64,000 bases of DNA, taken from the IMG/VR virus record IMGVR_UViG_3300025770_000870, positions 1 to 64,000 of that record; one strand, given 5' to 3'. Made by a program: the position numbers and the translations under genes. The notes under the pieces are model-generated. The model was not told the origin of the DNA. It worked only from the letters and a program-made list of their open reading frames with translations, and did no database searches. Position 1 is the first letter of the stretch, and the number at the start of each line of letters is the position of its first letter. Below, in pieces: positions 16,198 through 26,265 of this stretch.

Positions 16198-17721
16198 TTA
16201 GTAAAATCTTATTAATTTTTTAATACTTCCATCTGAATATTGCTCAATAATAATACCTATATAATCATCATTAACTTCTTGTCCTAATAGATTAATAGAT
16301 CTAATCAATTCATTATCAATGTTAGTAGCATTGTATTGGATATCTGTAATTGTGTTTTTTAGTATAATATTAAACCTATGGTTATACCCTATGATATTAT
16401 TAATGAATGTATATGTTGGGTTTATTCCTGAATCATAAACAATACCAGTTAATATATCTTGGTAAAATACAGATTGTCCATTGAAATTAAGTTGACCAGA
16501 ACCTTTAACATACAAAGATGTTGTGTCTTTATCCTTTATAGTGTTTATGGAATATATATTAGTATCTATTTTTGTGTAAAGTTTTGATGATTGTGTGATA
16601 AATTTATGTGCGTCATAAGTATAATCATAAAAATTAGTAGAACCTGTATCTACAACAAATGCTATTTCATCTGAATTTAATGTTATTTTAGTAACTTTTG
16701 ATGTACCTAACCTTTTTAATTGGCTATTATCATTTACTATAACTTTTGATTTTGATTTCAGAGATGGGTTACTGATAATTGATTTAACCCAAAATGCTTG
16801 ACCAGATGATATAAACTCACTACCACCATTAACACCTACCCCGTTAATATAACTGGTGTAGTTTTTTGTACAAACGTCAAGTACCCAAATAGCATCTTCT
16901 ATATTTCTTTTCTTCCAGCCCTTTGCGTCCCAATTAATTGTACCTAACCAAGGATTTGAAACCATGTTCCAACCATTATTAACACTACTATCTAAACCAG
17001 AATATGTTATATTGTAATTAAAGTTTTCGGTTAAATCTGTTATACCAATAAGTTCAATAACTCTTGCGTCATTAGTTACTGATGAAGAAGAATCAAATAA
17101 AAAGAATCCTTGTCCCCTGTTGAGTATATCATTCACATTATTAGGAACAACCCACCCAATGTTTAAATCAACATCAGGTATTGTTTCGTCATAGAAATAG
17201 GTATTTACCCAAAATGTTGGCCAAGAAGTACCAGGAAAACCAGTGTGTATGAATCCTAAATCAACTAATGGGTTGTTAAATGGACTCCCATACATACCCC
17301 ATCCATCACATCGACTTATCCATTTCTGCCAAATTATATCACCGGTTATTGTTTTATTTTTTTTACACTTACCAATCCTTCCATTATTAATGGAATCATT
17401 TACTAACGTAAGTGGGGTATTTAAGATTAAATGATTTCCTATCTCAAGAACTCCGGTTACGTATAATGAATCATTACAAGTTGTTATCCCTTTTATGGTG
17501 ATATCATTTATAGTATCAATAATATCGAGTGTTACAAAATGTAGTATGATTACATTATCTCCTGTCGATGGTACACCTATATCCCAAGTAGTTGGGTCCG
17601 ACCAGACACCATTATTAATGGATGTTACTGTATTTTGTGATTTTAAAACTGGTGTTGATAATAATATTAATAATGTTGTTATCCAAAACAAGTGTTTGTT
17701 CAAAAATAAAAAATATTTCAT
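16198..17721 (-). CDS. Secreted Bacteroidota-type surface protein with T9SS-like C-terminus
   Basis: Signal peptide; GVWSDPTTW, GWNMVSNPW, GQAFWV; terminal INLLGQEV...YSDGSIKK. Confidence 0.7.
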   Translation of the reverse strand: MKYFLFLNKHLFWITTLLILLSTPVLKSQNTVTSINNGVWSDPTTWDIGVPSTGDNVIILHFVTLDIIDTINDITIKGITTCNDSLYVTGVLEIGNHLILNTPLTLVNDSINNGRIGKCKKNKTITGDIIWQKWISRCDGWGMYGSPFNNPLVDLGFIHTGFPGTSWPTFWVNTYFYDETIPDVDLNIGWVVPNNVNDILNRGQGFFLFDSSSSVTNDARVIELIGITDLTENFNYNITYSGLDSSVNNGWNMVSNPWLGTINWDAKGWKKRNIEDAIWVLDVCTKNYTSYINGVGVNGGSEFISSGQAFWVKSIISNPSLKSKSKVIVNDNSQLKRLGTSKVTKITLNSDEIAFVVDTGSTNFYDYTYDAHKFITQSSKLYTKIDTNIYSINTIKDKDTTSLYVKGSGQLNFNGQSVFYQDILTGIVYDSGINPTYTFINNIIGYNHRFNIILKNTITDIQYNATNIDNELIRSINLLGQEVNDDYIGIIIEQYSDGSIKKLIRFY

Positions 17722-17825
17722 ATTTTATATATAGATTAAATAATATACTTTTTTATTCAAAAATTTATATAAAGTTGTTTGTTTTATTTAATATTTAATA
17801 TATACACTATAAAGTAAATAATATT

Positions 17826-19070
17826 ATGGCAAGAAAGATAATATACAGAGAAAATGGATTAACTGGATCCAATAATACCCCAGGTGGTTATAAATATCTT
17901 GGTTATGATGGGTTAGTTTTATCAGAGAAAACAGGAGCAACTATAAGTGCAATTGGTGGAGGTGATTACTTACCTCTTAGTGGCGGAACGATGTCTGGGA
18001 ATATCGTCTTCGGATCGGCTGAAACTCAAATATCTAACGCCGGAGGTTACCTTACGTTAGAAGGATCTGCAGGAGGTAGAGGTACTATAATAACATTACC
18101 AAATGATTCAGGTATAGTAATGAGTGATTCTGCTGTTAGATTCACTGCTGGTCTTGCTGCTGCAAATCTTCAATTTAACATATTAACAAATACAGGTGGA
18201 TCAGCTAATGAGAAATTAAAAATAGAAGCAAAAGCAGCAACTAACTTTTTTGGTTATCTCAACTTTCCTGAAGTAACTGCGGAAAGAAATTGGTATTTAC
18301 CAAATGCTACTGGAACGATTGCTTTAACTAATCAACTACCAAATATATCTGGAACTGATAAGCATTTCCTACAATATAACACATCAGTCTTACCGACTGG
18401 ACTAATAGATTCTCCTCTGTCAATAGAACCAGGAGCTGGCTTTCCTCCAGACTACCATATTTTAAGTTGGAAACCTGGAGATGGGTCGATTGGAGAAGAT
18501 GCACCAATTTTTAAAGTTGAAAATTTTGCAGGTACTTCAAGATGGTTAACGATTGCTAGTAGTGGTCAAGGATCTCTTGAATGGAATAATGCAAGTTTCT
18601 ATGGTGGTATTTATATCAATTCAAATATCACATTAACAGGAAATAGAATTTGGGATATGCCCGATGCAAGTGGAACTGTTGCTTTAACACAGAACCAAGG
18701 GTATGATAATTTTATAGAAGTTTCAATATCTTCGGCTGAAATATTATCTCTTTCTACTACACCAAAGGATGTACTTCCAGTACTAACCGGATCTGATTAT
18801 TACGATTATAAAGTAATTTTCGAATACACTTATGGTACAACTCCATATAATAATGGAGGAGGAGGAAGCTTCTTAATAGTAGATAATCTCGGTAGAGGAT
18901 TAACAACCATGGAAAATTTAAATGCTGTTACTTACAGTTTCGCTAGTAATTACACATATGGGTCTAGGGTAAGACCAGCAACTGGGTTATCTTGTTCTAT
19001 TGTGTCTCCCACAACTTTAGGAGACGGTACTGTTAATTTGAAAGTATATTATACAACTCATACTCTTTAA
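17826..19070 (+). CDS. Putative tail-fibre/virion structural protein
   Basis: YLPLSGGTMSG and two R-x-W-x-(L/M)P(N/D)A(T/S)GT(I/V)ALT repeats typical of fibre proteins; TAATATATA at 17796. Confidence 0.55.
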   Translation: MARKIIYRENGLTGSNNTPGGYKYLGYDGLVLSEKTGATISAIGGGDYLPLSGGTMSGNIVFGSAETQISNAGGYLTLEGSAGGRGTIITLPNDSGIVMSDSAVRFTAGLAAANLQFNILTNTGGSANEKLKIEAKAATNFFGYLNFPEVTAERNWYLPNATGTIALTNQLPNISGTDKHFLQYNTSVLPTGLIDSPLSIEPGAGFPPDYHILSWKPGDGSIGEDAPIFKVENFAGTSRWLTIASSGQGSLEWNNASFYGGIYINSNITLTGNRIWDMPDASGTVALTQNQGYDNFIEVSISSAEILSLSTTPKDVLPVLTGSDYYDYKVIFEYTYGTTPYNNGGGGSFLIVDNLGRGLTTMENLNAVTYSFASNYTYGSRVRPATGLSCSIVSPTTLGDGTVNLKVYYTTHTL

Positions 19071-19074
19071 TCTA

Positions 19075-19575
19075 ATGAAATTAGAAAAGGTAGGTCATTT
19101 ATATGAACCACAGGAAACCGAAAATTACTTATTACGCCAACGTAATGGAAATGGTGTTATCATAGATAAGAGAACAAGTGAAAAAATAACATATGAGAAT
19201 AATAGGGTGATAGCGTTATATGAAAATTCAATATCTAACCTAAACATTAAAGGTGACATTCTTATTGTTGGTTTGGGTATCGGTCTATTACCACATAACT
19301 TTAAGAAGTTATCCGAAGTTAATAGTATAAGCGTCCTTGAAAAGAATATAGATGTGATTAACTTTGTGAAACCTATTATGCCTTGGATAGAATTTATACA
19401 TACAGATGCTTTTGAATATGATAGTGGAAGAAAGTGGGACACCATATTTTTAGATATCTACCATAACTTAACACCTGAATATAAAGTTGATCAATTAGTG
19501 TTAATTGAAAAATATTCGAAAATGGTTAAGGATAATAACATATCATATTTGAAAATACATAACATAATATTATGA
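19075..19575 (+). CDS. Class I SAM-dependent methyltransferase (spermidine-synthase-like)
   Basis: ILIVGLGIG, VLEKN, DAF, WDTIFLDI. Confidence 0.75.
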   Translation: MKLEKVGHLYEPQETENYLLRQRNGNGVIIDKRTSEKITYENNRVIALYENSISNLNIKGDILIVGLGIGLLPHNFKKLSEVNSISVLEKNIDVINFVKPIMPWIEFIHTDAFEYDSGRKWDTIFLDIYHNLTPEYKVDQLVLIEKYSKMVKDNNISYLKIHNIIL

Positions 19576-19637
19576 TAAACAAAAAAAACCCTTAGCTACA
19601 AATGTAGAATGGAATATTATATAGGTGGTGTGTCATA

Positions 19638-20324
19638 TTAGTTACCAGTTAATAAATTTGCACCACCAAATTTTAAAATTTCTCGTTTATATTGATCCCA
19701 TAGATATACCATCTCTTCCTCTTTTACACCATATTTAGATCTACAATATCTAATGAAAGGTGGAACCGGATACTCATTCTTTCTTCTTGGTGAATCGGAG
19801 AGGCAAATATAATGGTAAGGTGTTAAATGCGTAAAGGGATATGTCAATGGAAGATCATAACTACCCATAAAAGGAAAAGTAATTTCTTCTTTATCATAAT
19901 CTATTACAGTATCATTTACTAAATCTGATATTACGTTCTCTCTATCATTTTGTTTAGGTACATAAAACAAAGGTACAGAATTATATGTATTTTCTGATTT
20001 CTTTACGTTATCTATCCATTTATTAAAGTCATAGTTTCTATCACTTACTGTTGGATCTGAGTTTAGAACCCATCCCTGGTCTTCTAAGAAGTCATTAAGA
20101 TGGTTTAGTTCATCTAGGAATGGTGTTAATTTAAACCCATCTGAATTTCCATTTTTTAGAATGTATATCTCAATACCTGTCATTACACCACGTTTCTCTT
20201 TAGGTTGAGTATCTACTACTATACCATCATCAGATAACGGAGATAGTATATCATCTATATAATCTCTGATAGCATCGTTAGGATGTATTGATTCGAATAG
20301 TTTATATTTCTTTATATACTTCAT
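19638..20324 (-). CDS. MKYLK-leader family protein, paralog of 20321..20743
   Basis: MKYIKKYKLFES; DILSPLSDDGIVV; VPLFY. Confidence 0.8.
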   Translation of the reverse strand: MKYIKKYKLFESIHPNDAIRDYIDDILSPLSDDGIVVDTQPKEKRGVMTGIEIYILKNGNSDGFKLTPFLDELNHLNDFLEDQGWVLNSDPTVSDRNYDFNKWIDNVKKSENTYNSVPLFYVPKQNDRENVISDLVNDTVIDYDKEEITFPFMGSYDLPLTYPFTHLTPYHYICLSDSPRRKNEYPVPPFIRYCRSKYGVKEEEMVYLWDQYKREILKFGGANLLTGN

Positions 20325-20743
20325 ATTCCGAAAAATCTCCGTCTCTTATTATCTTTAGGTGTATAAAACAAAGGTACACGTACATATTTAGGATCCGGAC
20401 TTAATGCTGATATCCATTGATTGAATGGTGTCATTATGCTCCTTATTTCCGCCCAACCAAAAACCCTCATATCCTCACTAATAACCCATCCCTCTCCTTC
20501 CATGAAGTCGTTGAGGTGCTTTAGTTCATCTTTATAAGGTGTTAATGTAAACCCCTTTGAATTTACTGGTTTATTCATGTATATCTCAATGCCATAATAT
20601 TTTTCTGTTAAGGTTTTATCAGATGAAAGTACCTCTACTACTATACCATTATCAGATAAAGGAGATAGTATATCTTGTATAGTATCTTTGATAGCAGCAT
20701 GGTTAGTATGTTCAAATACTTTATATTTCTTTATGTGTTTCAT
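20321..20743 (-). CDS. MKYLK-leader family protein
   Basis: MKHIKKYKVFEH; DILSPLSDNGIVV. Confidence 0.8.
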   Translation of the reverse strand: MKHIKKYKVFEHTNHAAIKDTIQDILSPLSDNGIVVEVLSSDKTLTEKYYGIEIYMNKPVNSKGFTLTPYKDELKHLNDFMEGEGWVISEDMRVFGWAEIRSIMTPFNQWISALSPDPKYVRVPLFYTPKDNKRRRFFGI

Positions 20744-21180
20744 AAACCATATACTATTGTTATTTGTAATATATCTAAATTAAAATCATCTGATAATAAC
20801 TTATTAGATCCATCACTCTTAAATCTTGTTAATTGTTTTGGGTCATATAACATCTCAGTTCTATTCATAGAATCCACCTCATCTATTAATACATCAGCAT
20901 AAATGTATTTAACATCTCTACCCATCTCAATGAATCTTAACACATCATCTCTTACCTCATCAAGACTAAACACTTGTAAATCTTTTAAGTATTGAGTTTT
21001 CTTAGATCCACCTTTAGGTTTATATATTTTTATGTTAGATTGTATACCTGATGTTCTTCCTTTATTACCATCCTTTATATCAATGAAGAATCCTTCATCT
21101 TCTAATGAATAAAAGAATTGACCATTATCTACTTCTTGATCCAAACTCTCGAATATATTATATTTCTTTATATACTTCAT
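20740..21180 (-). CDS. MKYLK-leader family protein, paralog of 21664..22107
   Basis: Long identical peptide blocks shared with 21664..22107. Confidence 0.85.
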   Translation of the reverse strand: MKYIKKYNIFESLDQEVDNGQFFYSLEDEGFFIDIKDGNKGRTSGIQSNIKIYKPKGGSKKTQYLKDLQVFSLDEVRDDVLRFIEMGRDVKYIYADVLIDEVDSMNRTEMLYDPKQLTRFKSDGSNKLLSDDFNLDILQITIVYGL

Positions 21181-21662
21181 TTGTTATGTTTATATATTAA
21201 CAATATTAAATAATCGATGGGTGCTCTACCGATAAATTCAAATAAATCATTGATACTCGATATGTTATCACCAAGGTCACGATGATAATACTCTTGATGA
21301 GCAATAACATCAGTCTTACTTATAGCTTCCACTACTAACTTATAACCACTCTTTGATAGATAAGAACTAAGATGTTGTACAGTATCTAATATTGTATCGT
21401 TTACTAGATAAGGTTTTGAACGCTTATAATCATTCTCATCACCAACCATCTTTTCTATATGTATCGTAATACCTTCCATTTCCTTCATACGTTTTGTATC
21501 ATTATCAACGAAAAATATTGACTCTTTCTTACCGACTAAGAAATCCTCATCTTCTATACCGGATAGTATATCACTAACATCATCAAATATATCAGATGTA
21601 GATTCGAATCTCTTATATCCTTTTAAGTGTTCAAATACCATATATTTCTTTATGTACTTCAT
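21177..21662 (-). CDS. MKYLK-leader family protein (doubled leader)
   Basis: MKYIKKYMVFE-HLKGYKRFES. Confidence 0.8.
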   Translation of the reverse strand: MKYIKKYMVFEHLKGYKRFESTSDIFDDVSDILSGIEDEDFLVGKKESIFFVDNDTKRMKEMEGITIHIEKMVGDENDYKRSKPYLVNDTILDTVQHLSSYLSKSGYKLVVEAISKTDVIAHQEYYHRDLGDNISSINDLFEFIGRAPIDYLILLIYKHNK

Positions 21663-21663
21663 A

Positions 21664-22107
21664 TTATAAACCATACACTATTGTTATCTGTAATATATCT
21701 ATATTAAAGTTATCATCTAGTAACTTATTAGATCCATCCGTCTTATATCTTGTTAATTGTTTTGGGTCATATAACATCTCAACCTCATCTATCGTATATC
21801 TGCTTCCATCTGACACATCAGCATAAATGTATTTAATGTCACGACACATCTCAATGAATCTTAATACATCATCTCTTATCTCATCAATACTAAATCTCAC
21901 CCTTGTATAGCGCTCGTATGTGGTTTTCTTAGGTCCATCTTTAGGCTTATAGATTTTTATGTTAGATTGTATACCTGATGTTCTTCCTTTATTACTATCA
22001 AATACTTCAATGAAGAATCCTTCATCTTCTAATGAATAAAAGAATTGACCATCATCTACTAATTGGTCTAAACCCTCGAATAACTTATATTTCTTTAGAT
22101 ACTTCAT
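21664..22107 (-). CDS. MKYLK-leader family protein
   Basis: MKYLKKYKLFEG. Confidence 0.85.
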   Translation of the reverse strand: MKYLKKYKLFEGLDQLVDDGQFFYSLEDEGFFIEVFDSNKGRTSGIQSNIKIYKPKDGPKKTTYERYTRVRFSIDEIRDDVLRFIEMCRDIKYIYADVSDGSRYTIDEVEMLYDPKQLTRYKTDGSNKLLDDNFNIDILQITIVYGL

Positions 22108-22113
22108 TGGTTT

Positions 22114-22137
22114 TATATATTAATAATATAATATATA
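22114..22137. promoter_or_regulatory. Back-to-back TAATATATA putative late promoters
   Basis: TATATATTA (22114-22122) and TAATATATA (22129-22137) between divergent leader-family operons. Confidence 0.6.
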
Positions 22138-22141
22138 AACT

Positions 22142-22870
22142 ATGAAGTATTTAAGAACCTTTGAGGGGCATGACTTACCAAAACATTTCTGGGATGATTT
22201 AGGGATAGGTGGTCGTGGATATAGTACTAAGCCAAGTAGAGAAGAACAGAAAGAGATTAAAAAAAGAAAGATGATTTATGGTGTTAATAACCTAAGTGAT
22301 TGTAAAGAGTGTGGTGCTAGAAGTATATACCCAAAGAAACATAATTGTGATGGGGAGGATGAAGGAACTGGATACTTGGGATATTCATCTGATAAGGATG
22401 CGATAGTCCTTGGGGAGGATGAAGATTTACCATTAGAGTCAATGAAGTATTTAAGAACGTTTAATGAATCTATGGCAAGAGAAGATGTTATTGATTTAAT
22501 GTATGAGATATCTGATTTAGGATATAAATGTTCTGTGGATACTAAATGGAGTGGTGATGGTGAATCAACTGATCCTGGTCAAGACCAATGGGTATCTAAT
22601 CAAAACTATATACAATTACTATTAGTTGGTAGACCAATGGGTGATGAGGGTTATGATAAAGTAAAGTATTCTGAAATACTTCCTACTATAAATAGAATCG
22701 AATCTTTCTTAAAGGCAGAAGGCTATGAAATGGATGATATAACTGTTAGTAGTATAAATGGTACAGGTTGGGATAATATAACATTAAAGGAACTTAATGA
22801 TTATGTAGAAGATGGTACACTTGATATAGGATGGTATCAACATCGCTTTTTATTCAATAAAGTTAAATAA
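22142..22870 (+). CDS. MKYLK-leader protein with a second internal leader
   Basis: MKYLRTFEG at the start; in-frame MKYLRTFNES at 22442; CKECG. Confidence 0.8.
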   Translation: MKYLRTFEGHDLPKHFWDDLGIGGRGYSTKPSREEQKEIKKRKMIYGVNNLSDCKECGARSIYPKKHNCDGEDEGTGYLGYSSDKDAIVLGEDEDLPLESMKYLRTFNESMAREDVIDLMYEISDLGYKCSVDTKWSGDGESTDPGQDQWVSNQNYIQLLLVGRPMGDEGYDKVKYSEILPTINRIESFLKAEGYEMDDITVSSINGTGWDNITLKELNDYVEDGTLDIGWYQHRFLFNKVK

Positions 22871-22871
22871 T

Positions 22872-23309
22872 ATGAAATACTTAAAGACATTCGAATCTAT
22901 CTCTTACGTAAATACTGATTTAGAATATGATATTAAAGATATCTTCTTATCTGAGGTAGATGAAGATAGATTTGATTTAACACTTGTATCACCATATGGA
23001 AAGGATTATTTAATTTGTGGTGTATCATTAGGTGAAGTCTCGTTTGAAGATGATGAACATGAAGGATTTAGGTTAGGTGAGATAAAAGATTTTTTATTAA
23101 GGTTAAAAGATTATCTTGATAGTAATAACTTTACTTATACTCAACTTAGTATAATTATACATGATGGTATGGATACGGCGACTGTCCATAATTTAAGTGA
23201 GAAAAATATTGATGAGATTAATAATTGGTATAATAGAATAGATGCTCCTGGGTTATTAAAGGTGAAAACGAATATCTACTCACCAACACGACAATCGGTA
23301 ACAGACTGA
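22872..23309 (+). CDS. MKYLK-leader family protein
   Basis: MKYLKTFES; DIKDIF. Confidence 0.8.
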   Translation: MKYLKTFESISYVNTDLEYDIKDIFLSEVDEDRFDLTLVSPYGKDYLICGVSLGEVSFEDDEHEGFRLGEIKDFLLRLKDYLDSNNFTYTQLSIIIHDGMDTATVHNLSEKNIDEINNWYNRIDAPGLLKVKTNIYSPTRQSVTD

Positions 23310-23352
23310 TTATCTATTCTCCTTTATTAAAATAATATTTAATATATACATT

Positions 23353-23607
23353 ATGAAAAACTTAAAAACATTTGAAGATTATTCTGATCTCGATAAACAA
23401 GATGAAGAAAGATCTAAAAGAAATCAAATTTCTAACTTCCCACACATTGCTAAAGAAGATTCTAAGAATAAAGAGGAAAGGGAAAAGAAAGATCTTGAAG
23501 AAGATCCTGATGGAATGTATCCAAAAGATGATAAACGTTATGATGATGAAGATAACAATCAAGGGGGTTGGCAAGATGGTATGGGAAAACCACCTTGGTT
23601 AGGATAA
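23353..23607 (+). CDS. MKYLK-leader protein, charged/disordered
   Basis: MKNLKTFED; TAATATATA at 23340. Confidence 0.75.
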   Translation: MKNLKTFEDYSDLDKQDEERSKRNQISNFPHIAKEDSKNKEEREKKDLEEDPDGMYPKDDKRYDDEDNNQGGWQDGMGKPPWLG

Positions 23608-23608
23608 T

Positions 23609-23887
23609 TTACACTTTTTTCTTATCCTTAACAAATTCATTGATGATAGTCATAATGATTAAAGCTAACCACCATAAACCATCATATAAGATTGCTTGTC
23701 TTAAAAGGAATATAATAAGTGTTAGTTTGAGGAATGAACCGAACATACCTATCAATTTGTCTTTAGTAAAGAATTTGATTGTTTTTTTTCCTTTGAAATA
23801 ACTCACTGTGTTTGATATAGAGGTTATTATTAGTGTGATTGTTATTATCACAACAAAAATTATAAAGAAATCTATTAAGTGTATCAT
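23609..23887 (-). CDS. Small membrane protein
   Basis: Three hydrophobic segments. Confidence 0.6.
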   Translation of the reverse strand: MIHLIDFFIIFVVIITITLIITSISNTVSYFKGKKTIKFFTKDKLIGMFGSFLKLTLIIFLLRQAILYDGLWWLALIIMTIINEFVKDKKKV

Positions 23888-23894
23888 GTTAATT

Positions 23895-24107
23895 TTAGTT
23901 TAGTGTGTCTCCAATATCATACTTATCAATATCTGAAAACAATTTTTCGTGTCCATTCTTATCAGCATAAGTGTACTCTACCCACTCACTATTATATCTT
24001 GATTTATCCACTATGATAAATGGTTTCTCATAAACGGTTGGTTCACAACTGGTCAGTAATAAAATGGCTAATAAGGATAATATTAATAATATAATTGTTC
24101 TTTTCAT
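23895..24107 (-). CDS. Small lipoprotein
   Basis: Signal peptide with lipobox LTSC. Confidence 0.7.
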   Translation of the reverse strand: MKRTIILLILSLLAILLLTSCEPTVYEKPFIIVDKSRYNSEWVEYTYADKNGHEKLFSDIDKYDIGDTLN

Positions 24108-24275
24108 GATTTCATGATTTTGATTTATGTTATAAATATATGGAATTTATATTGATTATACAAATAATCGTGGTTAATTTATACCAATTTTGATGAATTT
24201 GGTGATATATCGATATATTTTCGACCAAATACACCATTTATTTACATTCATATGATATATTTTATATATAGTCTA

Positions 24276-24641
24276 ATGAAACATCTTAGGTTATTTGAAC
24301 GGAGTCATAACTATGGCGATAATGAGTTACAAAAAATAGAAACAACTTTATTAGAAGATGTTAGATCTATCTTCGCTGACTTTAATGATACTGATAGTAT
24401 ATCTATATCTAATTATTATATTGCTAGAGGTTTTATAGAAGTCAGTATAGGATATGAAGAAGATGACAGCTCTTCCGTCTCGGGATTAGATGATCATATT
24501 GATTGGAAAAGAAGAAACATAGAAGTTTTGGAAGAGATATCAGTTGGTGTTAAAAGACTAAAGGATATGTATAGTGACCTAGTAATACAAGCAGATAATT
24601 GGAATTCAATCCATTGTGTTAAAATAAGAATATCTTTATAA
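24276..24641 (+). CDS. MKYLK-leader family protein
   Basis: Preferred start MKHLRLFER; DVRSIFADFND. Confidence 0.75.
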   Translation: MKHLRLFERSHNYGDNELQKIETTLLEDVRSIFADFNDTDSISISNYYIARGFIEVSIGYEEDDSSSVSGLDDHIDWKRRNIEVLEEISVGVKRLKDMYSDLVIQADNWNSIHCVKIRISL

Positions 24642-25156
24642 TGAAACATCTAAAGAAATTTAATGAGGACTCAGGGAATATAGGAGCAATAGGTAATGAT
24701 GTGGTAGAAGATATAAAAGATATCTTTGTGGAATTAAAGGATGACGGATATGATATAAGACATCGTTATTTTAGTGACCGAAATACGAATGGTTTACCAC
24801 CCTATGATGTTTATCAATACAAGATAATAGTTAATATATTTAAAGATCATAATGCTGCCGCTAAAGGATCAAGTTTACGAATCGATGATATATATGATTA
24901 TATAGAAAGAACATATGAATATTTAGGTAAAGATTATATTATGTATGTTCATATGTCAAGCACTATTAAAGATTTTAGAATTGGTGATAGATGGAATTTC
25001 AATCATAACTGGGAATGGCCTAAGTTAAAAGAAATATATCTTAAAGGTGGTGATACTTCAGCGTCAACATTTACACCTGCGCTAGGTAAACATCTACAAG
25101 GTGATTTTAGTTCAGTCACAATTAATATAATACAAAGACAAAAATATCATATATAA
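24641..25156 (+). CDS. MKYLK-leader family protein
   Basis: MKHLKKFNED; DIKDIFVELKDDGY. Confidence 0.8.
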   Translation: MKHLKKFNEDSGNIGAIGNDVVEDIKDIFVELKDDGYDIRHRYFSDRNTNGLPPYDVYQYKIIVNIFKDHNAAAKGSSLRIDDIYDYIERTYEYLGKDYIMYVHMSSTIKDFRIGDRWNFNHNWEWPKLKEIYLKGGDTSASTFTPALGKHLQGDFSSVTINIIQRQKYHI

Positions 25157-25193
25157 TTATATTTATATATAAACTATAAAAAAATTATATCAT

Positions 25194-25466
25194 ATGAATC
25201 ATATTAAATTATTTGAAAATTTTCAAGCTCCTATACACAATGTTACAGATAAAAATCAAGTCATTGTTGGTACACACCAATATGGAGTAGGGTTTGTTCC
25301 AAATGAATCAGGTGAAAAATTAGGACTTAAATCTCACCCAACATCAATACCAGATGGTGGATATAACATTGATAATGGTGATGAGGGTGTACAAGATGAA
25401 CACCAGATGGATATGGAAGATGGTGCAAAAGTTAACGGTAAATGGGTAAACGGATACGGAAGTTAG
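25194..25466 (+). CDS. MKYLK-leader family protein
   Basis: MNHIKLFENF. Confidence 0.75.
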   Translation: MNHIKLFENFQAPIHNVTDKNQVIVGTHQYGVGFVPNESGEKLGLKSHPTSIPDGGYNIDNGDEGVQDEHQMDMEDGAKVNGKWVNGYGS

Positions 25467-25468
25467 TT

Positions 25469-25948
25469 ATGAATCATTTAAAGAATATACAAGATTGGGA
25501 TAATGATTTATCTGATATGATAGAAGATATAAAGGATATCTTTGTAGAATTGAAGGATGAAGGTTACTACAATATATATTTCCAGGATCAACCTATATCT
25601 AATGCTGCAGGAGTTCCTATAAACCCACCCAATTCGATATCTAAGATATTAATTAATATCCGAAATCCGGAGACAGACGAATATGATATTCCACTTGCGG
25701 TTGCGTCAAGTTTCCCAATCAATGATATATATGAATATATAGAAAGAACATCCGAATATTTAAGTAAAGATTATATTTTGTATGTTAGAGCTTTTCCATG
25801 TCCAGAAACGGGACCTTTATTCTCTACTTCTGGTTTCAATGATAGTTTTCATGATGAATGGTCTAAAATAAAAGATAAGATTCTTAAAGAAGATAGATTG
25901 AACGCCTTAATAAATAAAATCACAATTAATATAATACGAGTTAAATAG
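25469..25948 (+). CDS. Leader-family protein, paralog of 24641..25156
   Basis: DIKDIFVELKDEGY; DIYEYIERT.EYL.KDYI. Confidence 0.8.
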   Translation: MNHLKNIQDWDNDLSDMIEDIKDIFVELKDEGYYNIYFQDQPISNAAGVPINPPNSISKILINIRNPETDEYDIPLAVASSFPINDIYEYIERTSEYLSKDYILYVRAFPCPETGPLFSTSGFNDSFHDEWSKIKDKILKEDRLNALINKITINIIRVK

Positions 25949-26255
25949 GTGATTCAGTACCTAGTATTTGTTCGTGAAAGTTATCCATTAAATTTAAATT
26001 GGTGACGATACATTCTTTAACGTTATCTAACGTAATAATAGGTGAGTTACCATCACTAACAACAACTTCTAATTCCCACCAGTAACCCTCAGTATCAATT
26101 TCCCAATGGGCTGAAATGATATTGATAACATCTCTATTACCAACTTCTAAATCAATAAAAATCTTATCTACTCCACAGATATTACAAACAACATCTTTAC
26201 CTACAATAGTTTCTTGTACTACTTTGGGTTTATATTTACCTTCGTTAAAATTCAT
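25941..26255 (-). CDS. Hypothetical protein
   Basis: ORF track; CNICG. Confidence 0.65.
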   Translation of the reverse strand: MNFNEGKYKPKVVQETIVGKDVVCNICGVDKIFIDLEVGNRDVINIISAHWEIDTEGYWWELEVVVSDGNSPIITLDNVKECIVTNLNLMDNFHEQILGTESPI

Positions 26256-26265
26256 TTACACTTGT

